A DNA stretch of 63,908 bases, the filler included, from Folioceros fuciformis (lineage: Eukaryota), in the NCBI GenBank assembly GCA_049999805.1. It is 7 parts of 5 records of this genome, joined end to end, with 100 filler letters (N's around TTAATTAATTAA, not from the genome) between each part and the next. Parts side by side here need not be neighbours in the genome. Positions count along the whole stretch, not along the records: positions 1 to 18,711 come from JBNGIO010005932.1; 6 more parts are not named here. One strand, 5' to 3'. Shown piece after piece: positions 1-11,477 of this stretch (the first letter of the stretch is position 1; each line of letters opens with the position of its first letter). A program made the position numbers and the translations under genes. The notes under the pieces are model-generated. The model was not told the DNA's origin. It ran no database searches and was given only the letters and a program-made list of their open reading frames with translations.

Positions 1-99
1 AAAGGGGTTCGCGAATAGTTTTTCCCTCTACACCATGCCTACATTCTAAGGTCACGAAAGATTATGAGAAGCAAGTAACAATGCATCAAAGTCTATCCA

Positions 100-771
100 C
101 TCATCGGGCTCCTAACAACAAGACTTGCTTTGGCGCCATGATTTGCCATATCGAAGGCAACTAGCACAACGCACAACTAGCACCTTCTTCCCCCTCCATT
201 CATCTCCATTGCAGTAATCATTGCTATGGGTGCCTTTCCTAGAAAACACATCCAAGCCATGAATGATGGGCATCAACGGATTGGCGTTCTCTCATGTTGC
301 AACAACCAGCCATTTGTTGAGGTAAACCTTATTTGTCCTGCTTTGATCATCACCAAAGACTTGTGTCACAACTTGCCATAACTCCGTGCTTTGTAGGTAA
401 CATGTCTCAATAAAGTCGTGCTTAAATAGTGGGCGGATGTCAAATTCCTCTACATAATTGTCCAAGTAGTTGATGAACGGTTTGGCAGATAGGTAAGTAG
501 GGTACTCCTTGGGGAACTTCATGAAAGGTAGCTCACAGTGCTCCTTCGGTATGTGCAAGTGGAGCTGGTCGTATGTCTTGTTCTTCCACAAAGATCCAAC
601 ATTATTAGCCCGCTCAATAATGGTGTAGGGAATACCTCGTTGTGTCAAGCAAGCTGCTACTACAAGGCCAGGGCTAGCACCCACGATTAAAGGTCCAAGA
701 ATAAAAGTAGTCTCATCCATATCAAAGCTAATGTCTTCCCCACCTCCACCAAAAGCTGAAGAAGAAGCCAT
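100..771 (-). pseudogene. YUC: YUCCA-type flavin monooxygenase (indole-3-pyruvate monooxygenase) pseudogene
   Basis: ORF 771-292 has a degenerate FAD motif (IVGASPGL vs GAGPSGL), SLWKNKTYDQLHLHIPKEHCELP and WLVVAT. The next codon is TGA where ATGENA is expected. Homology continues across frameshifts (ENANP...HSNDY.NG...GKKVLVV...DMANHGAKASLVVRSP), and the NADPH-binding GxGNSG motif is deleted. Confidence 0.85.
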
Positions 772-1168
772 GTACCTTTGTGTTACCTTTGATACAGTTG
801 TGCTATATATATAGTGATCACATTGAAGACAATCTTGATAATGGAGATTTAAGCTCGATGCATAGAAATTATATATATATATATAATTATTCCTATGATA
901 TCTTTGTGATCACATGATCTATATGATAAATGTTACAATAATTATATATATATAAAAATTTTATTTTCATTTAAATTTATATCAAAGAATATTATTTAAT
1001 TATATTTAAAACTAGAATAAAATAATACACTGCATTCACCCAGCAACAAGGACCAATAGAGCTAATACATGGTTTTTTAGTAACCTATTGTTAGCTCAAG
1101 ATAACAATCTCTCATTCTTTCAAGGGCTTTATCGACGTTTGGAAACGAAAAGTAGCTAGTGTACATAA

Positions 1169-3497
1169 TCAATCATGTTCAAATTTGACTTGAAGTGTTT
1201 CAACTATGGTCGTATCGCCGAAGTTCTCCCTCTGAGCTCTCACTTCGATTGCGGACTTGCCCAGAAACATGGACACCCTAATGGCTCGCTCCATCTCCAG
1301 CTCCATTCCCTCAGATATGTCCNNNNNNNNNNNNNNNNNNNNNNNNNNNNNNNNNNNNNNNNNNNNNNNNNNNNNNNNNNNNNNNNNNNNNNNNNNNNNN
1401 NNNNNNNNNNNNNNNNNNNNNNCAGATATGTCCATGGTGAAGCGGCCCTCACAGACCACCCCCTCGTCCGTCACAAATTGAGGGGTGGTGTCTTCGCTGG
1501 AACTGTACACCTCAATTTCAATCTCCTCCTGCCCTTCTGTGCTAGGATAGAAAACCTCGGTAACGCAATGATCCGTGGCAACCTCCCACCCTTTGTAAAC
1601 GAACGGCCTGAACAAGTCGATGCAGCGGTTTCGCTCGTTCTGCACACTCAATTTGTGGATAGGGTCGATCATGTGGTTGAACGTTCTTGTGACAGGAACT
1701 CCGTATGTCTTCCGTAAAATGCGTGCGATGATTCCACTGCTTGGAGCGATTCCCATCAGCACAGCACCATGGCAAATTGCGCTCCCGGGTTCTGGAGGGT
1801 TGATGATTTCTTGCACTCGCGTAGAGAACCTCTCCTGAATCTTGAGCCTGAGGTATGGGGACGCTGAAAATCCCCCGACCACCATGAGTGCTCTCACGTC
1901 GGGTGTCATGCTCTCATCGATGAGACGGATGATCTCATCAACCACCGGATCGAAGATGCTTTTAATGTCGGAGGTGGACAGGGGGATTTCTTCATAGCCC
2001 TGGGCTCTTGGATCCGCACCGTTCTGCTCATCATACCTTTCCCATTCCCTGGCCAGCTTGGCAGGCACATCTAGGTCATGGAGTACATCCCTGGCGCCAT
2101 CAAATGTGCTCTTGATAGATTGCCATTTGGCTTGTAGGCTGAGCAGCATAGAAACGTTTTCCTTGAGAAACTCCTCCAAGCATCCGATCTCATTGCACAA
2201 AAACCTGAAGAAATTCTGGTCCACAAAGGCACCACCGCATAGGCCCCCATTGCTGGCTCGAACTTCTCTTACTCTCATGCGGCGCCCGTCGCTGACTTTT
2301 GCGTGCAGTACGATGTCTACGGTTCCTGCAAAAGTTAAATTGGACCATTGTGTAACTGTATGAACCCAAGTCCTGAAGGGAGTACAGCAATTCAAAACAG
2401 ATGCCCCTCTCATTCCCGAGGAGACTCTCCCGCGCGTACAAAGTTTTACCTCCCCCAATGTCTACAACGAGGAATTGGTCGTTTAGCGTCAAATCCAGAT
2501 GCAAGCACTTCTCCAAACAGTAAGCTGACGCAGCCTCTGGCTCCAAAACAATGAGGAGCGGATGTGGACTTGCAACCACGTTTAATGGTGTAAGTGGTCC
2601 GGCCACCAAACCAGCTCTCTCTGCGCAGGCTCTCATGTTCTGCTTTGCAATATTGTCCCAGATGGTGGGCACAGTCAAGCACCATTGCACCTGCACGCAC
2701 AGTTGCCCGTAACGTTATTGCAAAAGGCTGTCATTCGGGACAACCCTCCACTACAACTTTCAACTTCCTACCTGCTTGTTGGTCAGCTGAGTGCCAAACT
2801 TCGTTTGAAGGTGTTTGATAATGAACGCTGATATCTTGCAAAGATAGTCTTTGATGCAAGTTTCAGCGGTGAGTCCGGTGGGCAAGGAATCAGCTGGCAG
2901 AGGTCCAACAACGCTCCTGCAAACGTTTTCCTTGCCTGTCAAAACACCGTCCAATTTGTGAGGAAGAGCTGTACAGAACACAATCAGGCAGGCTGCTAGG
3001 GCAACGGTGCTCCGCTTGCCTGCCAAGAACAGCTTGAATTTGGTGACAAGGCGCCCCGGGGCCACAGTCGCACGGTCATCGACCGACAATTGTCTTCCCG
3101 CGGCCTCCGAGTTCTTTCGACGGAGCTCCTGCTGGCGATGAGCTCTGGCAGCCCGTTGTGTATCTTGTGTGTAACTTACAAGAGCTGGCCATCCCCAATC
3201 TTTCAGCTGGTATTCATTGGAAGTGGCATATTCGCCCGCGGCACCGGTTTGAACGTAATAGAGACTTGTTGGCGTCTTGCAGTATGGCCTCCCTCCCCCC
3301 CTGGTTGCGTCCGGCCATTCGTACAACTTGAACACTTTGTCAGGTGCGCTCCTATGAGCGTAGGCGAATCCAGAGAATGTGGTTCCAAAATCAAGTCCCA
3401 CCACAACCCTGGCGTCCCCGATGGAGAGGGACATTCTTACAAGTTCAAGGTGCCAAGACGCTACGCGCGCGGCAATTGTGGCTGCAGGTGTTGCCAT
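1169..3497 (-). CDS. Atypical HSP70 of the HSPA12-like type; 4 exons (about 3497-3020, 2935-2772, 2690-2450, 2325-1169)
   Basis: Motifs VGLDFGTTFSGFAY, CKTPTSLYY, WCLTVPTIW, LEPEAAS, VVDIGGGTVD, CGGAFVD, FDPVVDEII, VGGFSASPYL and GAV. GT-AG introns at 2771-2691 and 2449-2326 restore the frame, and there is a putative in-frame GC-AG intron at 3019-2936. Start ATG at 3497 (AAAATGG context); alternative start at 3434. A 100-N gap lies inside the last exon. Confidence 0.85.
1323..1422. other. Assembly gap (100 N) with duplicated flank
   Basis: CAGATATGTCC occurs on both sides of the gap, so the contig ends probably overlap and the true sequence is contiguous. Confidence 0.85.
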
Positions 3498-3767
3498 TTT
3501 ATCAATGACCACCATGGAGCGTAAACCTTTACTCTCCCGAGGACAAATTTCAAATTTGTGCAAGTACCCGACCAGTAGTACTGCCCATTACCCCCAAGAG
3601 CTTTCACGTCCGCAAGTTTGCACTTAGAGCTCCAGTTGGACTCCGCCGCAGATAGAGAGGGAATGCCATTTCCGAGAACAACATCGGCCGTCATCGCATC
3701 ACTTCACAAGCCGTACTGCTCCGTCAAACAAACACTGACCAGAAAGGTTTTGGGATCGAGTTAGCGG

Positions 3768-4560
3768 CTAACAAGGACGTTGATGAGGTGGTCCAGAGTT
3801 TGAGAGCAGAGGTAGTGCCATGGATGCGACTGTTTCCAAGCAGAGGAGGAGACGAGCAAGATCTTGTTTACCAGTCCATGGGGTGAAGAAGGGACTTCGA
3901 AATGACATCTCCCTGAAGAAATTTCCCGGAGGACCCCTACCGGTACCGCCGGTTTCCTGAAGATAGACCTCAGCTTTGACCATCGATTTACCAATGTGAA
4001 ACCGAGGTACAAACGCAAATGCTACTCTCCTCACAAAGGCAGAGGTTTTACCGGCTGGCTGGCGGTGAATCGATGGGTCTTCCCTCGCAGGGTTATGTCC
4101 CCTTCTCTCTCACTGCAGTCAGGGGCGGGTAGTCTAGTTCCGAAGTTTCAGATACGGCGTATCGATTATAACACCTGCTGTGCCTTGGTGTAATAGAAGG
4201 TAAGCAAGCCACCACCACCACCGGTGCAGCATGCTTTTGGTTGGCAAGAAACATTTGGCTTTGTTCCCTGCAACAATTAGGGATTCTGGTGTACTGTTCC
4301 ACCAGGCCGGTTCTTCCAACCTTTCCATCCATACGTCATTGCCGTGACCAAGCGAGCTGAAAGATCCTTATTTTGCCTTCACCTGTCCATCCTCCTTTTC
4401 TCCAAGTCCATCTCTAGTGGATAACATTCAGGAATCTGAAATTGTTCTGCCTCTGGTGCCTCAACCGTCACAAGTGTTATGTAGCTCATCTTGCTATGAA
4501 TTTCACGATCATCATCGCCGTTGCATAGCTTGAATTGCTAGCCATACCCACTTTCAAAGT
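3768..4560 (-). pseudogene. GIL1/IRKI-like paralog, pseudogene (copy 3)
   Basis: Fragments EAEQFQIPECYPLEMDLEKRRMDR*, WMERLEE..VAGN, YTKAQQVL* and RVAFAFVPRFHIGKSMVKAEVYLQE align to the copy at 24673-25936. It carries stops, frameshifts and a deletion of the VWLCHLL..YMES block. Confidence 0.8.
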
Positions 4561-4739
4561 GCTCAGGTGGGAAAACTAGTTGGTGGTACAACCGGACACT
4601 GGCTGAGCTATTGGTGGACTTCGATTGGCTCTTTGAAGAGATCTGGTCATTTACAGTCATGTTTTCGATGCAAAGATGAATGCATCTGGCGTAATCTAAG
4701 CCTAGGACGCGAACGGCCGATCAAACGTACAACGGGAAG

Positions 4740-4812
4740 TAGAACTTGAATACGTTAATATTGCAGTGTGAAACAGGTAGAACTTGAATACGTTTATATT
4801 GCAGTGTGAAAT
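4740..4812. repeat. Tandem duplication, about 39 bp x2
   Basis: TAGAACTTGAATACGTT(A/T)ATATTGCAGTGTGAAA occurs twice. Confidence 0.8.
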
Positions 4813-5083
4813 AGAAACAGCATATTGCTAACGGGCTATTGTTTCGTGCATTGTTGCTTATCTTGAAGGAAAAAAATGCAAGTGCGAATTCATGAATCCA
4901 TTTCTGAAGGGTCCTTTATTTAAGCCAAGTTCCATTAACCATACGTTGATGCGTAGGAGGACATTCTCATGACTGCTGTAGGTGTGGCCGCAAGAAAGTG
5001 TCTACCGCTGAAATTTCAAACTTAGAAGGTCTGCTACGAACGTTTGCAGCATAACTAATTGCAAACTTGACTATCCAGAGAGC

Positions 5084-6461
5084 TCAAGCCATTAGGGTTG
5101 AACTCCGTGATACAGTGAACACGAGAGCTCTGACCACAGCTTTGCCGACGTGAAATCCAGGAATGACCATGAAAGCTACTGTTCGCACTGCATTATAATC
5201 GGTCTCTTCATCTCGTACGCTCTCCATGTATGCCGAATCAAACACAGCGCCGGCCTTTACCTACAGGTTCATAAAAGTTAAAAAGGGTACCTGCAACATT
5301 TCTCGAATGAACAGCACATATCTCAGCTTCACATGTTACCTTAAACATAGTGCAAGGTGGATCGAAAGAGAAAGCAAGCAAGTGACAAAGCCACACATCC
5401 CTCAGCAGTTGATCAAGGCTCCTCGTCAAATTGCACTCTTCTCTGTCACAGCCTTTCGGAAGTTTCCCAGCGTTCATTATTTCCTTTGCCTTCTTGTGGC
5501 GAAACTTCAGAAACCTCTGTTGGCCACGACTGGCCTGATGGGTTGCGCCACTGCATGGTGAAACACCGAATTCTTCTCGCTGGTTTCCCATCATCGCCAA
5601 TGAATCATTGCCTAGGGGGATCGACTCCTTGAGCTCGTGATATTGCATGTAACTGTCACGCTGCCTCTTGTCCACGTCCATCTCTTCTGACTCACATCCA
5701 CGAATATGGAAATCCTCTGCCTCAAAACCTAAGAAGACAATTGCCGACATAGTTCTCTGGACGCGAAACTTATTATCCGAGCTTCTTTCAAGTTCCAATT
5801 CCAATGTTGTCAAAGGCTTGGTACAATCTACGGCCACCTCCTGACCTACATCCTTGAGCACACCCCTACGGTAACAAATGACAGTTTTGGTGAAGCTCGC
5901 CAGCGATTCCTTGACGTTGTAAACGGGGAGCTGCATGTCGTTAGGAGTGGGCACACCCTCACGGAACGAGCCACACGGCCTCCCGACCTTAACCTCAAGC
6001 TTCCCAATCTGATCCTGAAGACTTTGGTTCTGTGTCAGAAGCACATCACGCTGCTTGGAAACAAGTTCACATTTCCCGCAGAGTTTGTCGAGCTCGAGCT
6101 TTCTATTATCCTCATACGACTGACGTAAGTGGGTCCTTGCGTGCTCCGAGATCTTCAAAGACTCTTGTTGGAGTTCCACAATCTTGGACTGGATCTCCTC
6201 CTTGACCTTCTCCAATTGGGTCGCGTGTTCCGTGATGAAATGCGTAGTCTTGGCTGCATGCGAGTCGGTCATATCCTGAATTTTTGCCTCGAGGCCCTCG
6301 ATTGCACGCTTGAGTTCCTCCGTGTTACGATTCTCCGCTTCGAAGGTTCGCAGCTCCATCACGTCATCTTGCAGTGGCAGAGATGTCTGTCGCATAGGAA
6401 TCTCACAGGAGCTGGCCGTGGAGTACTGCAATGTTAAGGACTCCATGACCTTGCATCCCAT
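5084..6461 (-). CDS. GIL1/IRKI-like coiled-coil protein (copy 1), 2 exons (6461-5340, 5260-5084)
   Basis: Long coiled coil, then IVFLGFEAEDF and DVWLCHLLAFSFDP. A 79-nt GT-AG intron (5339-5261) joins VKAGAVFDSAYMES...VAFMVIPGFHVGKAVVRALVF, the GIL1/IRKI C-terminal signature. The start at MGCKV (6461) is inferred from the paralog; the frame is also open further upstream (ATG at 6698). Confidence 0.8.
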
Positions 6462-7157
6462 CGCATGAAGACTCCACAAACCGCCATTCATCCTATGCCA
6501 AAAGCAGCAATCCATCGCGTACAGTTGATTGCAACTGGGAGGTCCTGCGTTCGTAGGCAGCACCCATTGTGTTCCCGAGACTCGCTTCATTTCTTCCGTC
6601 AGAGAACCTAACGTGTGCTCGAAGTAGCGAAGGGCACCCACGTCCACACTCACGGTGCGGCACCCTCTAGATTCACACATGCTTAAACCTGCTCCCATTA
6701 CCGCCGGATTACAACGAGCTCGACAGAAGTTGAAGGGAAGCGAGCAACCCACGGGGGCACGCAATCTCGTTAACGGCTGAGAAGGGACTGCCCAAATGCT
6801 TTCAAGACACTCTCTGACAACTAACAGAGCGCAATTGGGCTCTTACTCCTTACTGTGACTCTGAATTGTTCGAGCAGGAGAAAAAAAAGCCTTCCAGGGG
6901 GAGAGAAGCCTGCTCACTGTGGAACAGGTGGAAAACCTCCTCTCTTGTCCCCTGTGCAAGATTCCTCTCACTAGGAAACAACCCTCCTCCCTACTCCCTC
7001 CTCACGGTCACCAGGAGTGTGCTGCAAAGTACCTCCACGAGCAACAGAATGATGGACATTAATATCCTGGGCCTATGCTTTTAAAACTGGAAGACCGAGC
7101 GTAGTCTGTACGGTGCGGGGTACATGATAGTGTGACAACAGATGCACGATTTCGAAA

Positions 7158-7270
7158 GGTGGTGGGGTGGGGCGTAACAAGGACTACGCTCCGATGCTCC
7201 ACGACATATTCACAGGTGGTGAGGTGCGGCGTAATAAGGACTACGCCCCAATGCTCCACGACAAATTCAA
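7158..7270. repeat. Tandem duplication, about 57 bp x2
   Basis: GGTGGTG.GGTG.GGCGTAA.AAGGACTACGC.CC.ATGCTCCACGACA.ATTCA occurs twice. Confidence 0.8.
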
Positions 7271-7690
7271 AACTAATCCAGGGCCTCTACAGGCCTTGTA
7301 TGCTGTGTACGCTTCGGCTGTGCAAGCGTACACCAGGTAGGTTTAACGCTTGCTCCCGATGGACATCGACAGGCACCTGTGCAATGCGGGAGCTACAACG
7401 GGCGTACATATGCACTTGAGAATACATGCAGTACAAAAGTAGTGCGCCGTGAGGAAATCCGACAGGAAAGATCGGACCACATGCAGATGCACGCATTTGA
7501 AACGTCGTTGGCGGTAACACTCCAAAGTGTCCAACGTCAAGAGCGTAACAAGGATTCCGCTTCAAGATTCCACCATTCGTGGAGCTTCAAACTAGCTCAG
7601 GAGTCCGGACAGTGCATTTATGAACTTGGAGTCTAAAGTGTTACGACGTGAAAACTCACAAAAGCAATCGCTTGGACATTACTGCGGCCG
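7270..7690. repeat. Upstream region of GIL1-like copy 1, homologous to 26165-26605
   Basis: Colinear shared blocks TGGACATC, TACAAC.GGCGTA, GAG.AATCCGAC, ACGCATTTGAA.CGTC, GAGCGTAACAAG, CCACCATTCG and GCTTGG.CATTA. Confidence 0.75.
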
Positions 7691-8837
7691 GCGCAGACGT
7701 GACGCACAGGTGCCTGTCGATGTTACATCCGGCGCCGGATGTAACATGCCTACAACAGGAAGTGTTATATCGTAAATCGAATTCGTTTCTCTCCAAGTCT
7801 GTTGAGACACGGCCAGGACCAGTCTTGGAATCCACAAAAGCCAGGCACCAGGCAGCACAGCACTCTGCCATAGCTACTCTCCGGCAGATCCCGCTCATCA
7901 AATTACTCTCGCATGACCCAGGCTCTCATGACATTATCATAAGCATTCAGAGCTGCAGCCTGCCACACAATTGAAAGCGCTGCAATGTCCCAAAAAGATT
8001 GTCTCAAATTGAGAACGGTGAGACTATAAAAATCGATCCTGTGTATTGTGAATGAGAGAGCTGTACAAGGAAATGCTCAGAGAGCATATGAGAGATGAGT
8101 CACGACTGTTCGTGAACGGGCATATCTCTGAAGTCCTAATTCCACGGTCATGATCTTTGAAGTCCTAATTCCACGGTCAGCGTATGTGTATGTTTTCCTA
8201 CATGCTCACACACCCCCTTAAGCGCAAACGGGGAGATTGGGACATCATGAATGATCTATGAGTCCTAATGCGCGGGTGAAGTGCGAGTGCTTGATCTTGG
8301 CCAGAGGCTTGGTAAATATGTCTGCTATCTGGTCCTCTGTGGGCACATAGGTGAGGTACAATTCTCCACTCTCAACCTTTGTGCGTAAGAAGTGATACGA
8401 ATTTCAATGTGCTTGGATCGTTTGTGGAAATGAAGACCATTGGAGAGCAGAATGGCCGCCTGATTATCGCAACGTATTTCTATGGGTCCGTTGTGTGGAT
8501 AACCAACTACGATCTTTCAATACCTGAACCAACCAGAGACCTTCTTTGGCAGCAGCTGCTGCAATGTACTCCGATTCCGCAGAGCTTTGAGCTATAGAGG
8601 TCTGTTTCTTGGCTTTCAAGCTAACAGCACCCCCGCCAATAGGAAAACGTAGCCACTGGTTGACTTTCGTGAGTCTGGATCCCCACCATAATCAGCATCC
8701 GTCCATCCTGTAAGTTTGGATTGGGCTCCATGCCCACCTTGATATCTAATTCCCTTGCTTTTGGTACCTTGCAAGTATCTAAGGATACACTTGACGGCGA
8801 CCCAATGGGCTTGGCCAACGTTGGAGAGGAATTGTGA

Positions 8838-9074
8838 TGTCAAGGAGGTTGGAAGAGCTATATCTGGCCGTGTATTCTGTACTAGGTGCTGAAGGCTGTC
8901 AAGGAGGTTGGAAGAGCTATATCTGGCCGTGTGTTCTGTACTAGGTGCTGAAGGTTGTCAGGCAGGTTGGAATAGCTATATCTGGCCGTGTATTCTGTAC
9001 TAGGTGCTGAAGGCTGTCAAGGAGGTTGGAAGAGCTATATCTGGCCGTGTATTCTATACTAGGTGCTCAAGGCT
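8838..9074. repeat. 59-bp tandem repeat x4 inside copia RT
   Basis: TGTCAAGGAGGTTGGAAGAGCTATATCTGGCCGTGTATTCTGTACTAGGTGCTGAAGGC starts at 8838, 8897, 8956 and 9015. Confidence 0.9.
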
Positions 9075-11325
9075 ACCAATCGCCCCAGCATATGGAATAG
9101 ATTTCATTGCCTCTTAGTTCTTGTGGTGTCTGCAGACACATAGTCTTGCTAAGGCGAGGGACTGTCTCATGGGAGTTTCAGCTGGTTTACAATTGGTCAT
9201 GTGGAACTTATCCAGAACATCAATCACATACCGCTCCTGGTGTAAGGTAATACTCCGTTGAGTTGAGAGGAATCATACGCAACATGTATGCCGAGGCAAA
9301 ATTGCATAATGCCATTATCTATCATGGAGAATCTACGTAGGAGTGCACCTTTGCATTCTGATAGGTATTTTGCATCATTAGATATCATGATTAGATCATC
9401 AATGTAGAGGCCCATCATTAGCATGTGAGAGCCTGTGTTCCTGGTGAAAACGCAAGCATCAGCATCGTTCTTGGTATATCCCAGATCTCGGAGGCATGTG
9501 AAAAGTTCTTCATACCATTCTTTACCGGATTGCTTGAGGCCGTAAAGACCTTTGTGGAGCAAGCAGACCAAGTCCTCTTGTCCAGGTTTTATGTATCCAT
9601 CTGGTTGCTTGATATAAATTTCTTCCTTGAGAGTACCATACATATATGCAGTCTGCACGTCGAGCTGATGGGTATGGGGATTATGCAGGGCTGCTAAAGC
9701 CAGCATAATGCGTAGGGAGGTCAGTTTGACAACTGGGGTGTAGACCCTGTCACTTGAGTAATTGAGCCCATCACGTTGAGTGAAACCTCTTGCGACAAAA
9801 CGGACCTTCAGTCTAGAAACCTGACCATCAGCATTATATTTCTTTCTGAGTACCCATTTGCTTCCCACAACGTGACGTCGAGGTGGCAATGGTACAAGGG
9901 TCCAAGTTTTGTTATCCATAAGGGATTGATACTCGCTATCCATGGCTTTTTTCCATCCTTTTGCTTCAGGGCCAGCAAGGGCCTCTTTTGTTGAAACTAT
10001 GTCAGGTCGATTAGCTGCATGAGCAGCTAGGCCATGAGAGCTGGAAAATTCTAAGTCATGAAACTTGATCCCGGGAATGCCCTTAGTGGTTCTCCGGGAG
10101 GTGCGAGTTGGGGGGTCAGGGTTGTTTTGATCGCTCATTCCCATTCCTGGTTGCGAGTAAACTTGCTGGTCATCTGTTTCGGTTTCCGTGCCATCTCCCC
10201 CTGTGAGCTGCAAGGGAGGAAGTAGTCCATGGGCAGCAGGTTGAGGAGGAGGGAGGGTTGGTGTGACCGGGGTACCTGAAGTTGAGGGAGCCCTAACCGG
10301 TGTGGTGAGGGTAGCGCTGGGCTGTGAAGGTGAAGCCGGGAGAGGAACCGGAACTGGTGCAACGGAGCCTGAGGGCTGGCCAAGGGTGGCACGTGGTATA
10401 GGTGCGACAGGTCTTGCCACAATTCTGGACTGCCAATGTAGGCCAAATTCCTTATAATCAGGTTCAACAGGATCGTCCAGTGTCAACAAAGGTGCCGTCG
10501 CTGTCGGAGGTGGCACACCCCCTAGAGGCTGGAGGAGGGAATTCTCATCAAGCACGACATTCCGACCAACAGATATTTGCCGTGTGGCTCGGTCCAGAAG
10601 TCGATAGCCTTTGATGCCTTTGCTTTCTCCATAGCCGATGAAGGTGAGTTTGATAGATCTTGGGTCCAATTTGCGGCGTCCTTCGGTTGGGACATGTCTG
10701 TAGGTAGGACAACTGAAGATTCTTAGGTGGCTGACTTGTGGTTTGTGGCCTGTCTAGATTTCAAAAGGTGTTTTATCCCGGATCGTAGAGGTGCCACATC
10801 GGTTTTGGACATAGCAAACAGCAGCAGCAGCATCAGCCCACAAAGCAGTAGGTAGACCAGCTGCGGCTAGGGAGGTTCTTGTGGCATCCATAAGGGAACA
10901 ATGTCTGCGTTCCGCCTTCCCTAGTTGTTGATGTGCATAGGGTACAATTTTCTGGTGTATTATGCTATGAGCAAATAGGAAGTTCTCAAAGGCAGGAGAG
11001 GCGAGTTCTCTAGCATTGTCTGTGCGGAAGATCTTGATGAACTTACTAGTCTATTTCTCGACTAGGGCTTTGTACAGCTGAAAAGAGGCAAATGCTTCTG
11101 ACTTGTGCCTCAGAAAGTAAAGGTGGGTGTAGTGGCTAAAGTCGTCCAGAAGGACAAACATATGTAATTTGCCTGGTAGAGATTCGGTTTGTATGGGACC
11201 ATAGAGGTCAACATGTACCAGTTCTAAGACACTTTGTCATGGTGTTGGTTGACCTAGGGTAAGGTTGGGTATGTTGCTTGCCCAACAAGCGGCCCTCGCA
11301 CAATGGCCCCCTTGACGAGGGCAAA

Positions 11326-11477
11326 TGTTAAACCCCGAGAGTTATTAGTAACCACGGCTGCTAGTTACCTAGTTACTTAGACTAAGGTGATACATATATA
11401 TACTGAAAGGTTATGAACTAACCTCTAGGGTTTAGTATATAAGGACACCTCTTTGTAAACTTATTAATTTTCTATCA
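11326..11477. mobile_element. Short solo-LTR-like insert in family A pol
   Basis: TG...CA-bounded AT-rich 152 bp with TATATAAGG. It replaces the GAG-pre-integrase region and has no TSD. Confidence 0.55.

Noticed and set aside
1323-1422. 33-residue insertion in HSP70
   Set aside because: It is an N gap with duplicated flanks, so an assembly artefact.
6462-6764. N-terminal 100 aa of the 508-aa ORF
   Set aside because: It begins at a non-ATG codon and has no counterpart in the paralog, which starts at MGC. Treated as probable UTR, though MGAGLS at 6698 cannot be excluded.
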